DNA of 64,000 nucleotides. Origin: Candidatus Rokuibacteriota bacterium. Lineage in GTDB: Bacteria > Methylomirabilota > Methylomirabilia > Rokubacteriales > CSP1-6. The first letter of the stretch is position 1. The number at the start of each line of letters is the position of its first letter. The notes under the pieces are model-generated. The model was given only the letters and a program-made list of their open reading frames with translations, was not told the origin of the DNA and did not search any database. The stretch lies in NCBI GenBank assembly GCA_023249095.1, contig JAHFDK010000009.1:1595-65594 (forward strand). The letters run 5' to 3'. The position numbers and the translations under genes are program-made. This document shows, one piece after another, positions 18,733 through 28,227 of this stretch.

Positions 18733-18989
18733 GCGCAGCGTCCGTCGCCAGCTCCGTCCGGCTGGATGCGGTAGCGCCCGAGGCCGAAGGTGGTCCCGCT
18801 GCCGACGTGGGGGCCGTCGCGCTCGTCGTAGATGGGGAAGCCGGCCTCGTGGAGGACGCGCAAATCGCTCCAGACCGTGCGCACGGCGCACCCCAGCTCG
18901 CGGGCGGTGTCCTCGACCGCGAGCCCCGGCGGCTGGCTCAGGAACTGCTGGAGGCGCCACTGGTGAGCGGGCTGGTTACCTCGCGGCAT
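18729..18989 (-). CDS. Short HTH protein (DeoR/YafY-type N-terminal HTH only)
   Basis: 86 aa. WRLQQFLSQPPGLAVEDTARELGCAVRTVWSDLRVLHEAGFPIY resembles the HTH_11 domain of WYL-type regulators, but no WYL domain follows. It has an ATGA overlap with the SEC-C gene. Confidence 0.5.
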   Translation of the reverse strand: MPRGNQPAHQWRLQQFLSQPPGLAVEDTARELGCAVRTVWSDLRVLHEAGFPIYDERDGPHVGSGTTFGLGRYRIQPDGAGDGRCA

Positions 18990-19047
18990 CGTGTGAGGCG
19001 ATTCTGTGGGCGGAGACGCCGCGCTGTCAACGCCCCGTCCCGGACGG

Positions 19048-20217
19048 CTACAGCTCCCGCAGCGCGACCGCGATTCGCGCGCGCGAGGCGCGGATGGCCG
19101 GCGGCACCCCGCCCACGAGCCCCATCAGGAGCGCGAACACGAGGCCCCACGTTAACAGAACAGGCGTGACCTGGAACGCGAACGCCAGGTGAGAGAAGGT
19201 CTGCCAGTTGATGGTCCCCGTCGTCAGGCCGTTGAGCGGCAGGACCGCCAGGCAACCCAGGAGACCGCCGACGAACGCGATGCACAGGGCCTCGACGACG
19301 AAGGACGCGACGATGCTGCCGCTCCCGAAGCCCAACGCACGCAGAGTGGCGATCTCCCGCGAGCGCTCGGCCACGGCCGAGTACATCGTGTTCAGCGCGC
19401 CGAAGACCGCGCCGATACCCATGACCACGGCCACGATCGTGCCCAGGACCGTGATCAGCGTCGTCAGCTGTCGCGACTGCTTCGCGTAATAGTCGATCTC
19501 GCGATCGATCTGCACCGTCACACGGGGATCGGCGGTCAGCGCATCCTTGAAGGTCGTGAGGGCGTCGGGGGAGGTGAGGCGCGCGGTGGCCGACTGGAAC
19601 ATGTTTTGTGGACGCTGGTACACCTGTCGGAGCACACTGAAGTCGCACCACAGCTCGGAGTCGTACGCGGTGCCGCCGCTATCGAACACGCCCACCACGG
19701 TCCAGGTGCCACCGCCGAACCGGACGGTCTTGCCCAGCTCGAGGCCGACGTAGCTCGCCGCCACGTTGCGCCCCACCAGGAGCTCGGTCAGCCCGGGTTG
19801 AAAGACGCGGCCGGCGACGATCTTCACCGTCGGGCGGACGGCGAGCGCTTTCGGCGAGACACCACGCACCTGGGCGTTGCCCTCGGTGTCGCGGCCCTTC
19901 AGCGGGAACGAGGCGATCACGACGACCTCGGGGCTCACGAGCGGGCCGGCCGCCCCGCGCTCGACGCCGGGCGCGTCTTCGATGACCCGCACCTGCTCGA
20001 GCATCACGCTACTGTCCATCTCCGAGGTCGCGCCTGCCCGCCGGACGATCGCGTTGCGCGCGGACCCGGAGGCCACCAGCGTGGCCTCGAACCCGCGCGC
20101 CAGCGAGAGCATGGCGACGAACACGCCGACCGTCCCGGCGATGCCCAGCACCGCCACGACGGTCGAGCTCCACCGCGCTCTGAGACTGCGCACGTTGTAG
20201 ACGAGGGGGATGGCCAC
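19048..20217 (-). CDS. ABC transporter permease, FtsX/MacB-like
   Basis: 389 aa with an N-terminal TM helix, a large periplasmic domain and a C-terminal FtsX-type 3-TM bundle (REIATLRALGF). Confidence 0.85.
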   Translation of the reverse strand: MAIPLVYNVRSLRARWSSTVVAVLGIAGTVGVFVAMLSLARGFEATLVASGSARNAIVRRAGATSEMDSSVMLEQVRVIEDAPGVERGAAGPLVSPEVVVIASFPLKGRDTEGNAQVRGVSPKALAVRPTVKIVAGRVFQPGLTELLVGRNVAASYVGLELGKTVRFGGGTWTVVGVFDSGGTAYDSELWCDFSVLRQVYQRPQNMFQSATARLTSPDALTTFKDALTADPRVTVQIDREIDYYAKQSRQLTTLITVLGTIVAVVMGIGAVFGALNTMYSAVAERSREIATLRALGFGSGSIVASFVVEALCIAFVGGLLGCLAVLPLNGLTTGTINWQTFSHLAFAFQVTPVLLTWGLVFALLMGLVGGVPPAIRASRARIAVALREL

Positions 20218-20218
20218 G

Positions 20219-21367
20219 TCAGATTCGCCTGAGCGCGTCGACGACCCGGAGCCGGCTGGCCGCGAAAGCGGGCAGGATGCCCGCCAGCACGCCCACCGCC
20301 AGCGCCAGTGTTAGCCCGAGGGCGATCGCGTCGGGGGACAGGTAGAAGAACGGCAGCAGGCCTCCGGTGGGATCCCCGCGCAGCGTGAACAGCTTCGCCA
20401 GGCCGAGTCCGATGGCTCCGCCGATCGCCGCGACGACCATCGTCTCCGCGATGACCAAGGCCAGCACGAAGCCGTTCGAGAATCCCACCGCTTTCAGCAC
20501 CGCCAGCTCCCGCGTGCGCTCGCGCACGGCGATGGCCATCGTGTTGCCGGTCACCAGCAGCAGCGTGAAGAACACGACGCTGCCGATGCTCATGATCAAG
20601 AGCTGGATATTGCCCATCTGCTTGACGAAGGAAGCGGCGAAGGCCTTCTCGGTGTCGGTCTTGGTCTCGGCCGGCGAGTTCGTGAACTGTTCGTCGATCG
20701 TCTTGACCAGACGCACGGCGTCGTCGGGGTTGGCGATGCGAACCGTGTACCAGCCGACCAGGCCCTTGCTGAAGGACTTCCGCTCGTCGAGGTAGTCCCA
20801 GCGGAACCAGAACTGCGTGGTGTCGTCTTGCACACGCTGGCCCCGATAGATCCCGCGAATGTTGAACTCCCAGTTGCCCGGGAAGATCGTGCCCTTGATC
20901 GGGACGCGATCCCCGACCTTCCACTTGAATCGTTCGGCCAGCGACTCGCCCACGATCGCGCCCTCGCGATCGGCGAGGAACGCCTGCCACTGATTCTCGG
21001 GAACGACGAACTCAGGGAACATCTGCCGGTAGCTCTCGCGGTCGATGGCGAACTGCGGAAAGAAGTTGCGCTCGTCCTGATACACGCCCCCGAACCAGTT
21101 GGCGAACGTCACCTGCGTCACGCCGGGAATTCGCGCCAGCCGCTCGCGATACGCCAGCGGCAGGGGCTGGATGATCGAGACGCGGTTCAAGACCACCAGC
21201 CGGTCGACCCCGGCCACGTCCACCCCCTGCTGGAACGCGCTGTCGACGACCGCCAGGATGCCGAAGAGAAAGAGGGCCACCGCGAAGGAGCCCGCCGTCA
21301 GGGCCGTGCGGGTCTTCTTCCGGAGCAGATTGGTCAGGACGAGATGCAGGTACTTCATCGCGCCCAC
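20219..21367 (-). CDS. ABC transporter permease, FtsX/MacB-like
   Basis: 382 aa with the same architecture (RELAVLKAVGF). It is a paralog of the downstream permease. Confidence 0.85.
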   Translation of the reverse strand: MGAMKYLHLVLTNLLRKKTRTALTAGSFAVALFLFGILAVVDSAFQQGVDVAGVDRLVVLNRVSIIQPLPLAYRERLARIPGVTQVTFANWFGGVYQDERNFFPQFAIDRESYRQMFPEFVVPENQWQAFLADREGAIVGESLAERFKWKVGDRVPIKGTIFPGNWEFNIRGIYRGQRVQDDTTQFWFRWDYLDERKSFSKGLVGWYTVRIANPDDAVRLVKTIDEQFTNSPAETKTDTEKAFAASFVKQMGNIQLLIMSIGSVVFFTLLLVTGNTMAIAVRERTRELAVLKAVGFSNGFVLALVIAETMVVAAIGGAIGLGLAKLFTLRGDPTGGLLPFFYLSPDAIALGLTLALAVGVLAGILPAFAASRLRVVDALRRI

Positions 21368-21374
21368 CCCGCCG

Positions 21375-22079
21375 TCACGTGTCCACGAGCACGCCCTTCT
21401 CCAGATGGAGAACGACGCGCGCGCGCGCCGCGGCCAGCGGGTCGTGGGTCACCATCAGCACGGTCTTGCCGTGGTCCCGGACGAGCCGGTCGACGAGCTC
21501 CAGGACCTCGTCCGCACTCTTCCGATCGAGGTCTCCCGTCGGCTCGTCGCACAGCAGAAAGGTCGGGTCGGCCACGATGGCGCGCGCGATGCCCACCCGC
21601 TGCTCCTGTCCTCCGGAGAGCTGCCGCGGATAGTGGTGCATGCGGTCGCCCAGCCCCACGACCGTCAGCGCGGTCTCCACGTGCCGGCGGCGGTCAGTCT
21701 TCGAAAGCCTGGTCAGCAGCAGCGGCAGCTCGACGTTCTGGAAGGCGGTGAGCACAGGGATCAGGTTGTACATCTGGAAGACGAACCCCACGTGGCGCGC
21801 GCGCCACGCCGTCAACTTGCGCGTCGACATCCGCGTGATCTCGTCGCCCCCCACCGTGACGCTCCCGGCGGACGGCACGTCGAGGCCGCCCAGGAGGTTC
21901 AGCAGCGTCGTCTTGCCGGAGCCACTGGGGCCCATGAACGCGACGAAATCGCCCGCGTCGACGTCGAGGTTCAGCCCCTGGAGCACGTGGATCTCTTCGC
22001 CGCCCCGCTGATACGTCTTGCCGAGCCCACGCGCCCGGATCAGGCTGCTCCCGTCCCCCCGACCATCGATCCTGACCAT
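21375..22079 (-). CDS. ABC transporter ATP-binding protein (MacB/LolD-type)
   Basis: Walker A GPSGSGKTT, signature LSGGQEQR and Walker B LLCDEPTGDLD. Confidence 0.9.
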   Translation of the reverse strand: MVRIDGRGDGSSLIRARGLGKTYQRGGEEIHVLQGLNLDVDAGDFVAFMGPSGSGKTTLLNLLGGLDVPSAGSVTVGGDEITRMSTRKLTAWRARHVGFVFQMYNLIPVLTAFQNVELPLLLTRLSKTDRRRHVETALTVVGLGDRMHHYPRQLSGGQEQRVGIARAIVADPTFLLCDEPTGDLDRKSADEVLELVDRLVRDHGKTVLMVTHDPLAAARARVVLHLEKGVLVDT

Positions 22080-22089
22080 CGACCGCTCC

Positions 22090-23331
22090 TCACCGCTTCA
22101 CGCGCGCGGCCTGTCCGTCGCGCAACGCTTTGACTCCGATCGTCACGATCTGCTCGCCGTCGGACAGGCCTGCGATCACCTCGTGCTCACTGCCGCGCGC
22201 TTGTCCCAGGCGGACCGCGCGTCGTTCCACGCGTCCTTCGCGATGCACAAAGACCGCCGCCGCGCCGCCCTCTTCCAGCAACGCCGTCCGCGGAACCAGA
22301 ACCCGACCTGCGGCGGTCGGCGCGCTCCGCTCCTCGCCGAGGAACGTGACCTTCACGCCCATGTCGGGCAGGATACGGGGGTCCAGCCGATCGAACGCCG
22401 CCCGCACCTTGACCGTCGCCTTCTGCCGGTCGGCCGTCGGGATCACGGTGCGCACCTTCGCCGGAATCTGCCAGTCCGGGTACGCGTCGAGCACGGCCGT
22501 GACCGGCTGCCCCGCTCTTACCCGGGCGATGTACGACTCGTTCACATCCACCTCGATCTCGAGTGAGCCCATGTCGACGATGGTCGCGATCCCCGTGCGC
22601 GTGAAGCCGCCGCCGGCCGACACCGGCGACACCATCTCGCCGCGCTGCGCGTCTTTCGAGACCACGATGCCGCTGAAGGGAGCGCGCACCGTACAGTTGT
22701 CCAGGTCCTGCTGCGCGACCTTGACCCGGGCCTCGGCGGCGCCGATCTGCTCGCGAGCGACGGCGATGCGCGCCCGCAGACTATCCACGGCCATGCGAGC
22801 CTGATCGCGAGCCTGCTCGGCCACCAGCTTGCGATCCCACAGCTCCTCGACCCGTCGCAGCTCGCGCTCGGCGTTCTCGAGGTTGACGCGCAGGTCACCC
22901 AGCGTGGCGGCGGTGGCGTCGCGATCCGCCGCCGCAGAGCCCAGCCGGGCGCGCGCGTCGGAGTCATCCAGCTTCGCCAGCACCTGCCCCGCCTCGACGT
23001 ACATGCCCTCGTCCACGTGAATCTCGTTGACCCGCGCCGTGATCTTGGCGGCGATGGTCGCCCGCTGCCGAGGCGTGACGTACCCGCTCGCGTTCAGCAG
23101 GGCCGAACGGCCCCCCTTGTCCGCGCGCACGGTCGTCACCTCGATCTCGGGCGCCTTCTCTCGCAGCACGAACCACAGGACTGCCGAGACCACCAGCAAC
23201 GCCGCCAGCCCGGCGCCAATCGGGCGCCACGTCAGGCGCTTCGGATCACGCCGGGCGCGCTCGTCGATCCGGAGGGCCGAGAGATCAGGCCCTCGGGGCC
23301 GTTCCGTCACGTCGGACATGTCACCGTCCAT
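22090..23331 (-). CDS. Efflux transporter periplasmic adaptor subunit (HlyD/MacA family)
   Basis: 413 aa with an N-terminal TM helix, a coiled-coil hairpin and beta-barrel regions typical of membrane fusion proteins. It is first in the operon with the ABC genes. Confidence 0.85.
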   Translation of the reverse strand: MDGDMSDVTERPRGPDLSALRIDERARRDPKRLTWRPIGAGLAALLVVSAVLWFVLREKAPEIEVTTVRADKGGRSALLNASGYVTPRQRATIAAKITARVNEIHVDEGMYVEAGQVLAKLDDSDARARLGSAAADRDATAATLGDLRVNLENAERELRRVEELWDRKLVAEQARDQARMAVDSLRARIAVAREQIGAAEARVKVAQQDLDNCTVRAPFSGIVVSKDAQRGEMVSPVSAGGGFTRTGIATIVDMGSLEIEVDVNESYIARVRAGQPVTAVLDAYPDWQIPAKVRTVIPTADRQKATVKVRAAFDRLDPRILPDMGVKVTFLGEERSAPTAAGRVLVPRTALLEEGGAAAVFVHREGRVERRAVRLGQARGSEHEVIAGLSDGEQIVTIGVKALRDGQAARVKR

Positions 23332-23548
23332 TTCGCCGGGGCTTCGCTCTTCCCAAACGCGAGACCATTATCTACCGCATATCTACCGCAGCGACGTTGG
23401 CTTGCCGAACTTCACCTCAGGGATCTGCGCTCCAGAGGGCGTGCGACTCGCGATTCTGCCCGAGGGAGGAAGGCGCGCCTCAGCGAAGTATAGCAACTCA
23501 CGCCAGGGTGATCCGGCGGTCGGGCTACGCATCGAGTACCGTAGAAGT

Positions 23549-24694
23549 GTGGCGCCAGGACCGTCGCGCGAACCGCTCCCACCCTCCCCCCCGCCTACCC
23601 CGCGGCGGCTTCTCTCCCTCGACGCGTTGCGGGGTCTCACGGTTGCGGCGATGATCCTGGTCAACAACCCCGGCACCTGGCGGGCCGTCTATCCTCCGCT
23701 TCGCCATGCGGACTGGCACGGCTGGACTCTCACCGATGTGGTATTCCCCTTCTTCGTCTTCATCGTCGGCGTCGCAGTCCCCATAGCGCTCGGATCCCGG
23801 GTCGAGCGGTCGGGACGTGCACGGGCGATGGCCCGGGTGCTCCGGCGGTCCGTCGTGATCTTCGGGCTCGGGATCGTCTTGAATGGTCTCGCCGCATTCG
23901 ATTGGGCGACGCTGCGAATCCCCGGCGTGCTCCAGCGCATCGCGGTTTGCTATCTCGTGGCGGGCGTGCTTTTCCTGGTGACGGGCTGGAGAACCCACGC
24001 CCTCGTCACCGCGGGACTGCTCCTCGGGTACTGGGTCGTCATGACCGCCGTGCCGGTGCCGGGTTACGGCGCCGGCGATCTCGGCCAGGCCGGGAACCTG
24101 GCCGCCTACCTCGATCGCGCCCTCCTCGGCCCCCACCTGTGGCAGGCCGCCAAGGTCTATGATCCCGAGGGGATCCTCAGCACCGCGCCCGCCGTGGCGA
24201 CGGCGCTTCTCGGTGTCCTTGCCGGACACTGGCTGCGCAGCGGGCAGCTGCCGGGCGTGACCGCCGCTCGTCTCGGCTTGGCCGGAATCGTCTGCGCCGG
24301 TCTCGGTCAGCTCTGGAGCGTGTGGTTTCCGGTGAACAAAGCTCTGTGGACAAGCTCCTACGCGATGCTGATGGGTGGTTTCGCGCTGATCGCCCTGGCG
24401 GCGTGCTACTGGCTGATCGAGGCTCGGGGCTACCGCCGATGGGCGGTGCCCTTCGCGATGCTCGGCGTGAACGCCCTGGCGCTCTTCTTCCTGTCGACTC
24501 TGGTCGCCCGCCTCCTCTTGCTGATTCAGGTCGGCGCCGAGAGCGCCAGCCTCCACGCGCTGCTCTTCGACCGCGTCTTCGTTCCATTGGCCTCACCGGT
24601 CAACGCGTCGCTCGCCTATGCGACCGCGTACGTTCTCGTGTGGTGGGCCGTCATGTGGATGCTCTACCGGCGCAACATCCAGCTGCGCGTTTAG
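23549..24694 (+). CDS. Multi-pass membrane acyltransferase-like protein (DUF1624/DUF5009, heparan-alpha-glucosaminide N-acetyltransferase-like)
   Basis: RLLSLDALRGLTVAAMILVNNPG...DVVFPFFVFIVGV plus about 10 predicted TM helices. The start is provisionally GTG 23549. The 5' part of the track ORF is antisense to the adaptor gene. Confidence 0.65.
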   Translation: MAPGPSREPLPPSPPPTPRRLLSLDALRGLTVAAMILVNNPGTWRAVYPPLRHADWHGWTLTDVVFPFFVFIVGVAVPIALGSRVERSGRARAMARVLRRSVVIFGLGIVLNGLAAFDWATLRIPGVLQRIAVCYLVAGVLFLVTGWRTHALVTAGLLLGYWVVMTAVPVPGYGAGDLGQAGNLAAYLDRALLGPHLWQAAKVYDPEGILSTAPAVATALLGVLAGHWLRSGQLPGVTAARLGLAGIVCAGLGQLWSVWFPVNKALWTSSYAMLMGGFALIALAACYWLIEARGYRRWAVPFAMLGVNALALFFLSTLVARLLLLIQVGAESASLHALLFDRVFVPLASPVNASLAYATAYVLVWWAVMWMLYRRNIQLRV

Positions 24695-24707
24695 TGTTTA
24701 GTTACAT

Positions 24708-24774
24708 GGGGGGCCTCGAACGGGCCCCCCAAGCCCCCCGCGTTCGGAGCGTCCCGGCAAAGCCGTGACGCTCC
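24708..24774. terminator. Two GC-rich hairpins between convergent genes (candidate bidirectional terminators)
   Basis: ggggggcc(24708-24715)/ggcccccc(24723-24730) with a 7-nt loop, and ggagcgtc(24746-24753)/gacgctcc(24767-24774) with a 13-nt loop. They lie in the 105-bp gap between two gene ends. Confidence 0.5.
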
Positions 24775-24799
24775 TCTGGACCTCAATTTCTCGCTGGGG

Positions 24800-26200
24800 T
24801 CAGCCGCGGAGCTTGTTGGAGGCGTCGAGCGCGGCGACTTTGTAGCACTCGGCGAGCGTCGGGTAGTTGAAGACCGTCTGGAGGAAGTAGTCGATCCCGC
24901 CCCCCAGGCCCAACACCGCCTGCCCGATGTGCACCAGCTCCGTCGCGCCGGTCCCGATGATGTGCACGCCCAGGAGTCGCCGATCTTCCCGATGGAAGAG
25001 CATCTTGAAGAGGCCGCTGTCGTCACCCAGGATCTGCCCGCGCGCGATCTCCCGGTATCTGGCCACGCCGGTCTCGTAAGGAACCTTGCGCTCGGTCAAT
25101 TCGTGCTCGGGCGCACCGACCATCGAGATCTCCGGGATGGCGTAGATGCCGATGGGAAAGTGTGCCGCCATGGGGCCGGCCTCGATCCCGAATGCGTGGC
25201 AGGCGGCCAGCCGCCCCTGCTCCGACGACGTGGCGGCCAGGCTCGGGTAACCGATCACATCCCCCGCCGCAAAAATGTGCGGTACACACGTCCGGAACGT
25301 CTGGTCCACTTTCAGCCGGCCGCGCTCGTCCGCGTCCAGTCCGGCGCTGGCGAGGTTCAGCGGCCGGGTGGCCGCAATGCGCCCGGCCGAGAAGAGAACC
25401 ACGTCGGACACCAGGCGCTTTCCGGACTCGAGGCGGATGACCGCCCGCCGTGGAGGGCCGTCGGACATCTCGATGGACTCGACGGTCTCTCCCAGGCGAA
25501 ACGTCACGTTCCGATGCCGCATCTGGTGGAGCAGCTCATCCACGATCTCGCGGTCCAGGAACTCGAGCGGCCGCTGGCGCTTCTCGATGAGCGTGACCGG
25601 GACACCCAGCGCCGAGAACATCGACGCGTACTCGATGCCGATGACGCTGCCGCCCACGACGGCCATCGCTCTGGGGATTTGCTTGAGCTTGACCACATCG
25701 TCGCCGGTGATGACCACCTCTCCGTCCGCGGCGACTCCGGGTGGCGGCGCCGGCTGCGTGCCCACGGCGATCACGATATTCGCGGCCGAGATGCGCCGCC
25801 ATCCGTCCCCCGCGCGCACCACGAGGGTGTGCGAATCGGAGAAGGAGGCCTCGCCCCGCACGATGGTCACGTCGTTGCGCCGGAGCTGATCCTCGATGAC
25901 GTTCTGTTCACGTCCGAGGACCTCGTCGACCTTGGCGAGGAGCTGCTCCGCGGTCGGGCGGGCGTCGGGCGGCGCCGAGCGAGCACGGTCGTACCGGCCG
26001 GCGATACGGCTGAAAAAGAGCACCGCTTCCCGGAGCGTTTTGCTCGGGATCGTACCGGTGCCGAGACAGACCCCGCCGAGGCACTGTTGCTTCTCGACCA
26101 CGGCGACGCACTTTCCAAGCTTCGCGGACTGCACGGCCGCTCGCTGGCCGGCGGGCCCGCTACCGATGCACACGAGATCGTAGTCGTATGTTCGCGGCAT
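24800..26200 (-). CDS. sthA: Soluble pyridine nucleotide transhydrogenase (Si-specific NAD(P)+ transhydrogenase)
   Basis: MPRTYDYDLVCIGSGPAGQRAAVQSAKLGK... is a flavoprotein disulfide reductase fold lacking the redox-active CxxxxC. Its layout is as in SthA. ATG 26200 is preferred over the track start. Confidence 0.8.
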   Translation of the reverse strand: MPRTYDYDLVCIGSGPAGQRAAVQSAKLGKCVAVVEKQQCLGGVCLGTGTIPSKTLREAVLFFSRIAGRYDRARSAPPDARPTAEQLLAKVDEVLGREQNVIEDQLRRNDVTIVRGEASFSDSHTLVVRAGDGWRRISAANIVIAVGTQPAPPPGVAADGEVVITGDDVVKLKQIPRAMAVVGGSVIGIEYASMFSALGVPVTLIEKRQRPLEFLDREIVDELLHQMRHRNVTFRLGETVESIEMSDGPPRRAVIRLESGKRLVSDVVLFSAGRIAATRPLNLASAGLDADERGRLKVDQTFRTCVPHIFAAGDVIGYPSLAATSSEQGRLAACHAFGIEAGPMAAHFPIGIYAIPEISMVGAPEHELTERKVPYETGVARYREIARGQILGDDSGLFKMLFHREDRRLLGVHIIGTGATELVHIGQAVLGLGGGIDYFLQTVFNYPTLAECYKVAALDASNKLRG

Positions 26201-26467
26201 CCGTGAGACTCCCCGAAATGTGGTGCACCACCCGATCCGAGGCGTCAAATGTAGCTCGGCGAGGGGGACGGGGAAAGGGAAAGCGCCCGGAAGGGTTGCC
26301 CGCCCCCGCGTGCCGCATCGATGTTGCCAACAGGCGGTAGAACGAGATAAAATTTTGATCGCGAAGTGGGAAACCCCTTTGGTGAGCGTCCACTAGTCGT
26401 AGCCGGTAGCCCTGAGGCCTGGAGTCCAGCGTTTCCGGAATCAGGACGGAGGCGGTGGAGGGCCACG

Positions 26468-28150
26468 GTGGGCACGTTCGCAGCACGCCAGCAGCTTCTG
26501 CGTCGCTCGCTTCTGATGGTCGGCCTCTTGCTCGCCGCGACCGCCTGTTCTTCCGTCCGTTCCGACCAGGCATCCGCACCGGGCGTGCCGGGAGAGCCAT
26601 CGACGCCTCCGAGCTCCAAGCCGTCCACCCCGCCATCGCCGAAGCCGGGCGCGAAGGACGCGGAGGTGTTCGACTCGCGCGACTTCGTTGTCGTGGTCGC
26701 GAAGCCGGGCGACACCGCCGAGGGCTTGGCCGCGCGCTACCTCGGGGATCCGAACAAGAAGTGGATGATCGAGGATTACATGGGCGTCCGAACCTTCTCC
26801 CAGGGCCAGGAGGTCGTGATCCCCAAGCGCGAGTGGAATCCGGGCGGAGTGTTCCCGTGGGGCTACCAGCTCGTGCCCGTGCTCGTCTATCACAGGATCA
26901 GCGCCGAGAATGAGGGCAAGCTGTCGATCGGGGTGCGCCACTTCGAGGCCCAGATGCGCTCCCTGCACGCCGAGGGGTTCCGAGCCGTGAGCCTCGCAGA
27001 CTTTCTGGAGTTCACGGCGGGGCGCCGGCAATTGCCGCGGAAGTCCGTCGTGCTCACGTTCGATGACGGCTACCGGTCGTTCATCCAGTACGCGCGCCCG
27101 CTGTTGAAGGACTTCGGGTTCAACGCGACGCTCTTCGTGTACTCGGACTTCATCGGCGCCGGTGGCCTGTCGTGGGCCGATCTGCGCGCGCTGATGACCC
27201 AGGGGTTCGACGTGCAAGCGCACTCGAAGACGCACAGTAACCTCCGGCGCAAAGAGGACGAGTCGCAGGCAACGTACGCGAAGCGCATCGAGGCCGAGCT
27301 CGCCTATCCCCTCGACCTGTTTCGAAAGCACCTGGGGCGCGCCGCCGACACGCTCGCCTACCCATACGGGGACACGGACGAGGAGGTCCTGCAGCACGTG
27401 GTGAAGTACGGCTACGTCGCCGCTTTCACGGTGCGCCGGCAGTCGAACCCGGCGTTCGTGTTCCCTCTCAAGATCAGCCGCAGCCAGATCTACTCGGAGA
27501 TGACGCCCAAGGACTTTGCGCGGAACCTCACCGTCTTCCAGGACCAGGAGGTCGGGACGGCCAGAACGTCCGACGGGAAGCTCGCGGGGTCCTCCGGCGT
27601 GGCGCGTGTCCAGCCCGTAGCCACGGCCGCCGCCGCGCCGCCGGTACCGTGGGCGCGGGATCGCCTGGCGGCGTCTCACAACGAGCGCGCGGAGCAGCTG
27701 GAACAGCGCGGCCATCTGCGGCAGGCGCTCGAGGAACGAGCGATCGCCCTCACGATCAACCCCGGAGATCGGCGGGCCCAGGAAGCCCAGAAGCGCCTGG
27801 AGGGACGGACCGCGCAGGAGGTCGCCGGATTGCTGAAGGAGGGCCGCGCACTCCTGGCTCGGGGACTGCTCGGCGAGGCCCAACAGCGGTTTCTTGTCGC
27901 GCTCAGCCTCGACCCCACGAACCGGACGGCGTTCGAGACCCTTCAGAATGAGGTGCGCGAGGTCATGTCCATTGTGCACACCGTCCGGTCGGGCGACACC
28001 TGCCCCTCCGTTGCCGAGCTGTACTACGGCGATCGGCTTCGCTGCGAGGTCATCGTCGAAACGAATCGTCTGGCGCTGAACGTACCGCTCCGACCGGGAC
28101 AAAAACTCAAGATTCCGGAAATCCCGGGCGTTCCGTTCCAGCTGCGCTAA
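26468..28150 (+). CDS. Lipoprotein with LysM - polysaccharide deacetylase (NodB) - TPR-like - LysM architecture
   Basis: Lipobox LLLAATAC. NodB motifs VLTFDDGY and HSKTHSNL. LysM-like segments lie near both ends (VVVAKPGDTAEGLAARY... and HTVRSGDTCPSVAELYY...KLKIPE). The start is provisionally GTG 26468. Confidence 0.75.
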   Translation: MGTFAARQQLLRRSLLMVGLLLAATACSSVRSDQASAPGVPGEPSTPPSSKPSTPPSPKPGAKDAEVFDSRDFVVVVAKPGDTAEGLAARYLGDPNKKWMIEDYMGVRTFSQGQEVVIPKREWNPGGVFPWGYQLVPVLVYHRISAENEGKLSIGVRHFEAQMRSLHAEGFRAVSLADFLEFTAGRRQLPRKSVVLTFDDGYRSFIQYARPLLKDFGFNATLFVYSDFIGAGGLSWADLRALMTQGFDVQAHSKTHSNLRRKEDESQATYAKRIEAELAYPLDLFRKHLGRAADTLAYPYGDTDEEVLQHVVKYGYVAAFTVRRQSNPAFVFPLKISRSQIYSEMTPKDFARNLTVFQDQEVGTARTSDGKLAGSSGVARVQPVATAAAAPPVPWARDRLAASHNERAEQLEQRGHLRQALEERAIALTINPGDRRAQEAQKRLEGRTAQEVAGLLKEGRALLARGLLGEAQQRFLVALSLDPTNRTAFETLQNEVREVMSIVHTVRSGDTCPSVAELYYGDRLRCEVIVETNRLALNVPLRPGQKLKIPEIPGVPFQLR

Positions 28151-28227
28151 GCGACATAGCGCCCGGCGATGGACTTCCGCGGATCGCTGCGATCTGCGAT
28201 CATCCGACTACGAGAGGGCTCCGAGGA

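Noticed and set aside
26249-26467. Possible small RNA or tRNA in the 220-bp sthA/deacetylase intergenic region
   Set aside because: I could fold no cloverleaf-compatible structure or conserved tRNA boxes by eye. The AT-rich patch (gagataaaattttgatcg) is more simply a divergent promoter region.
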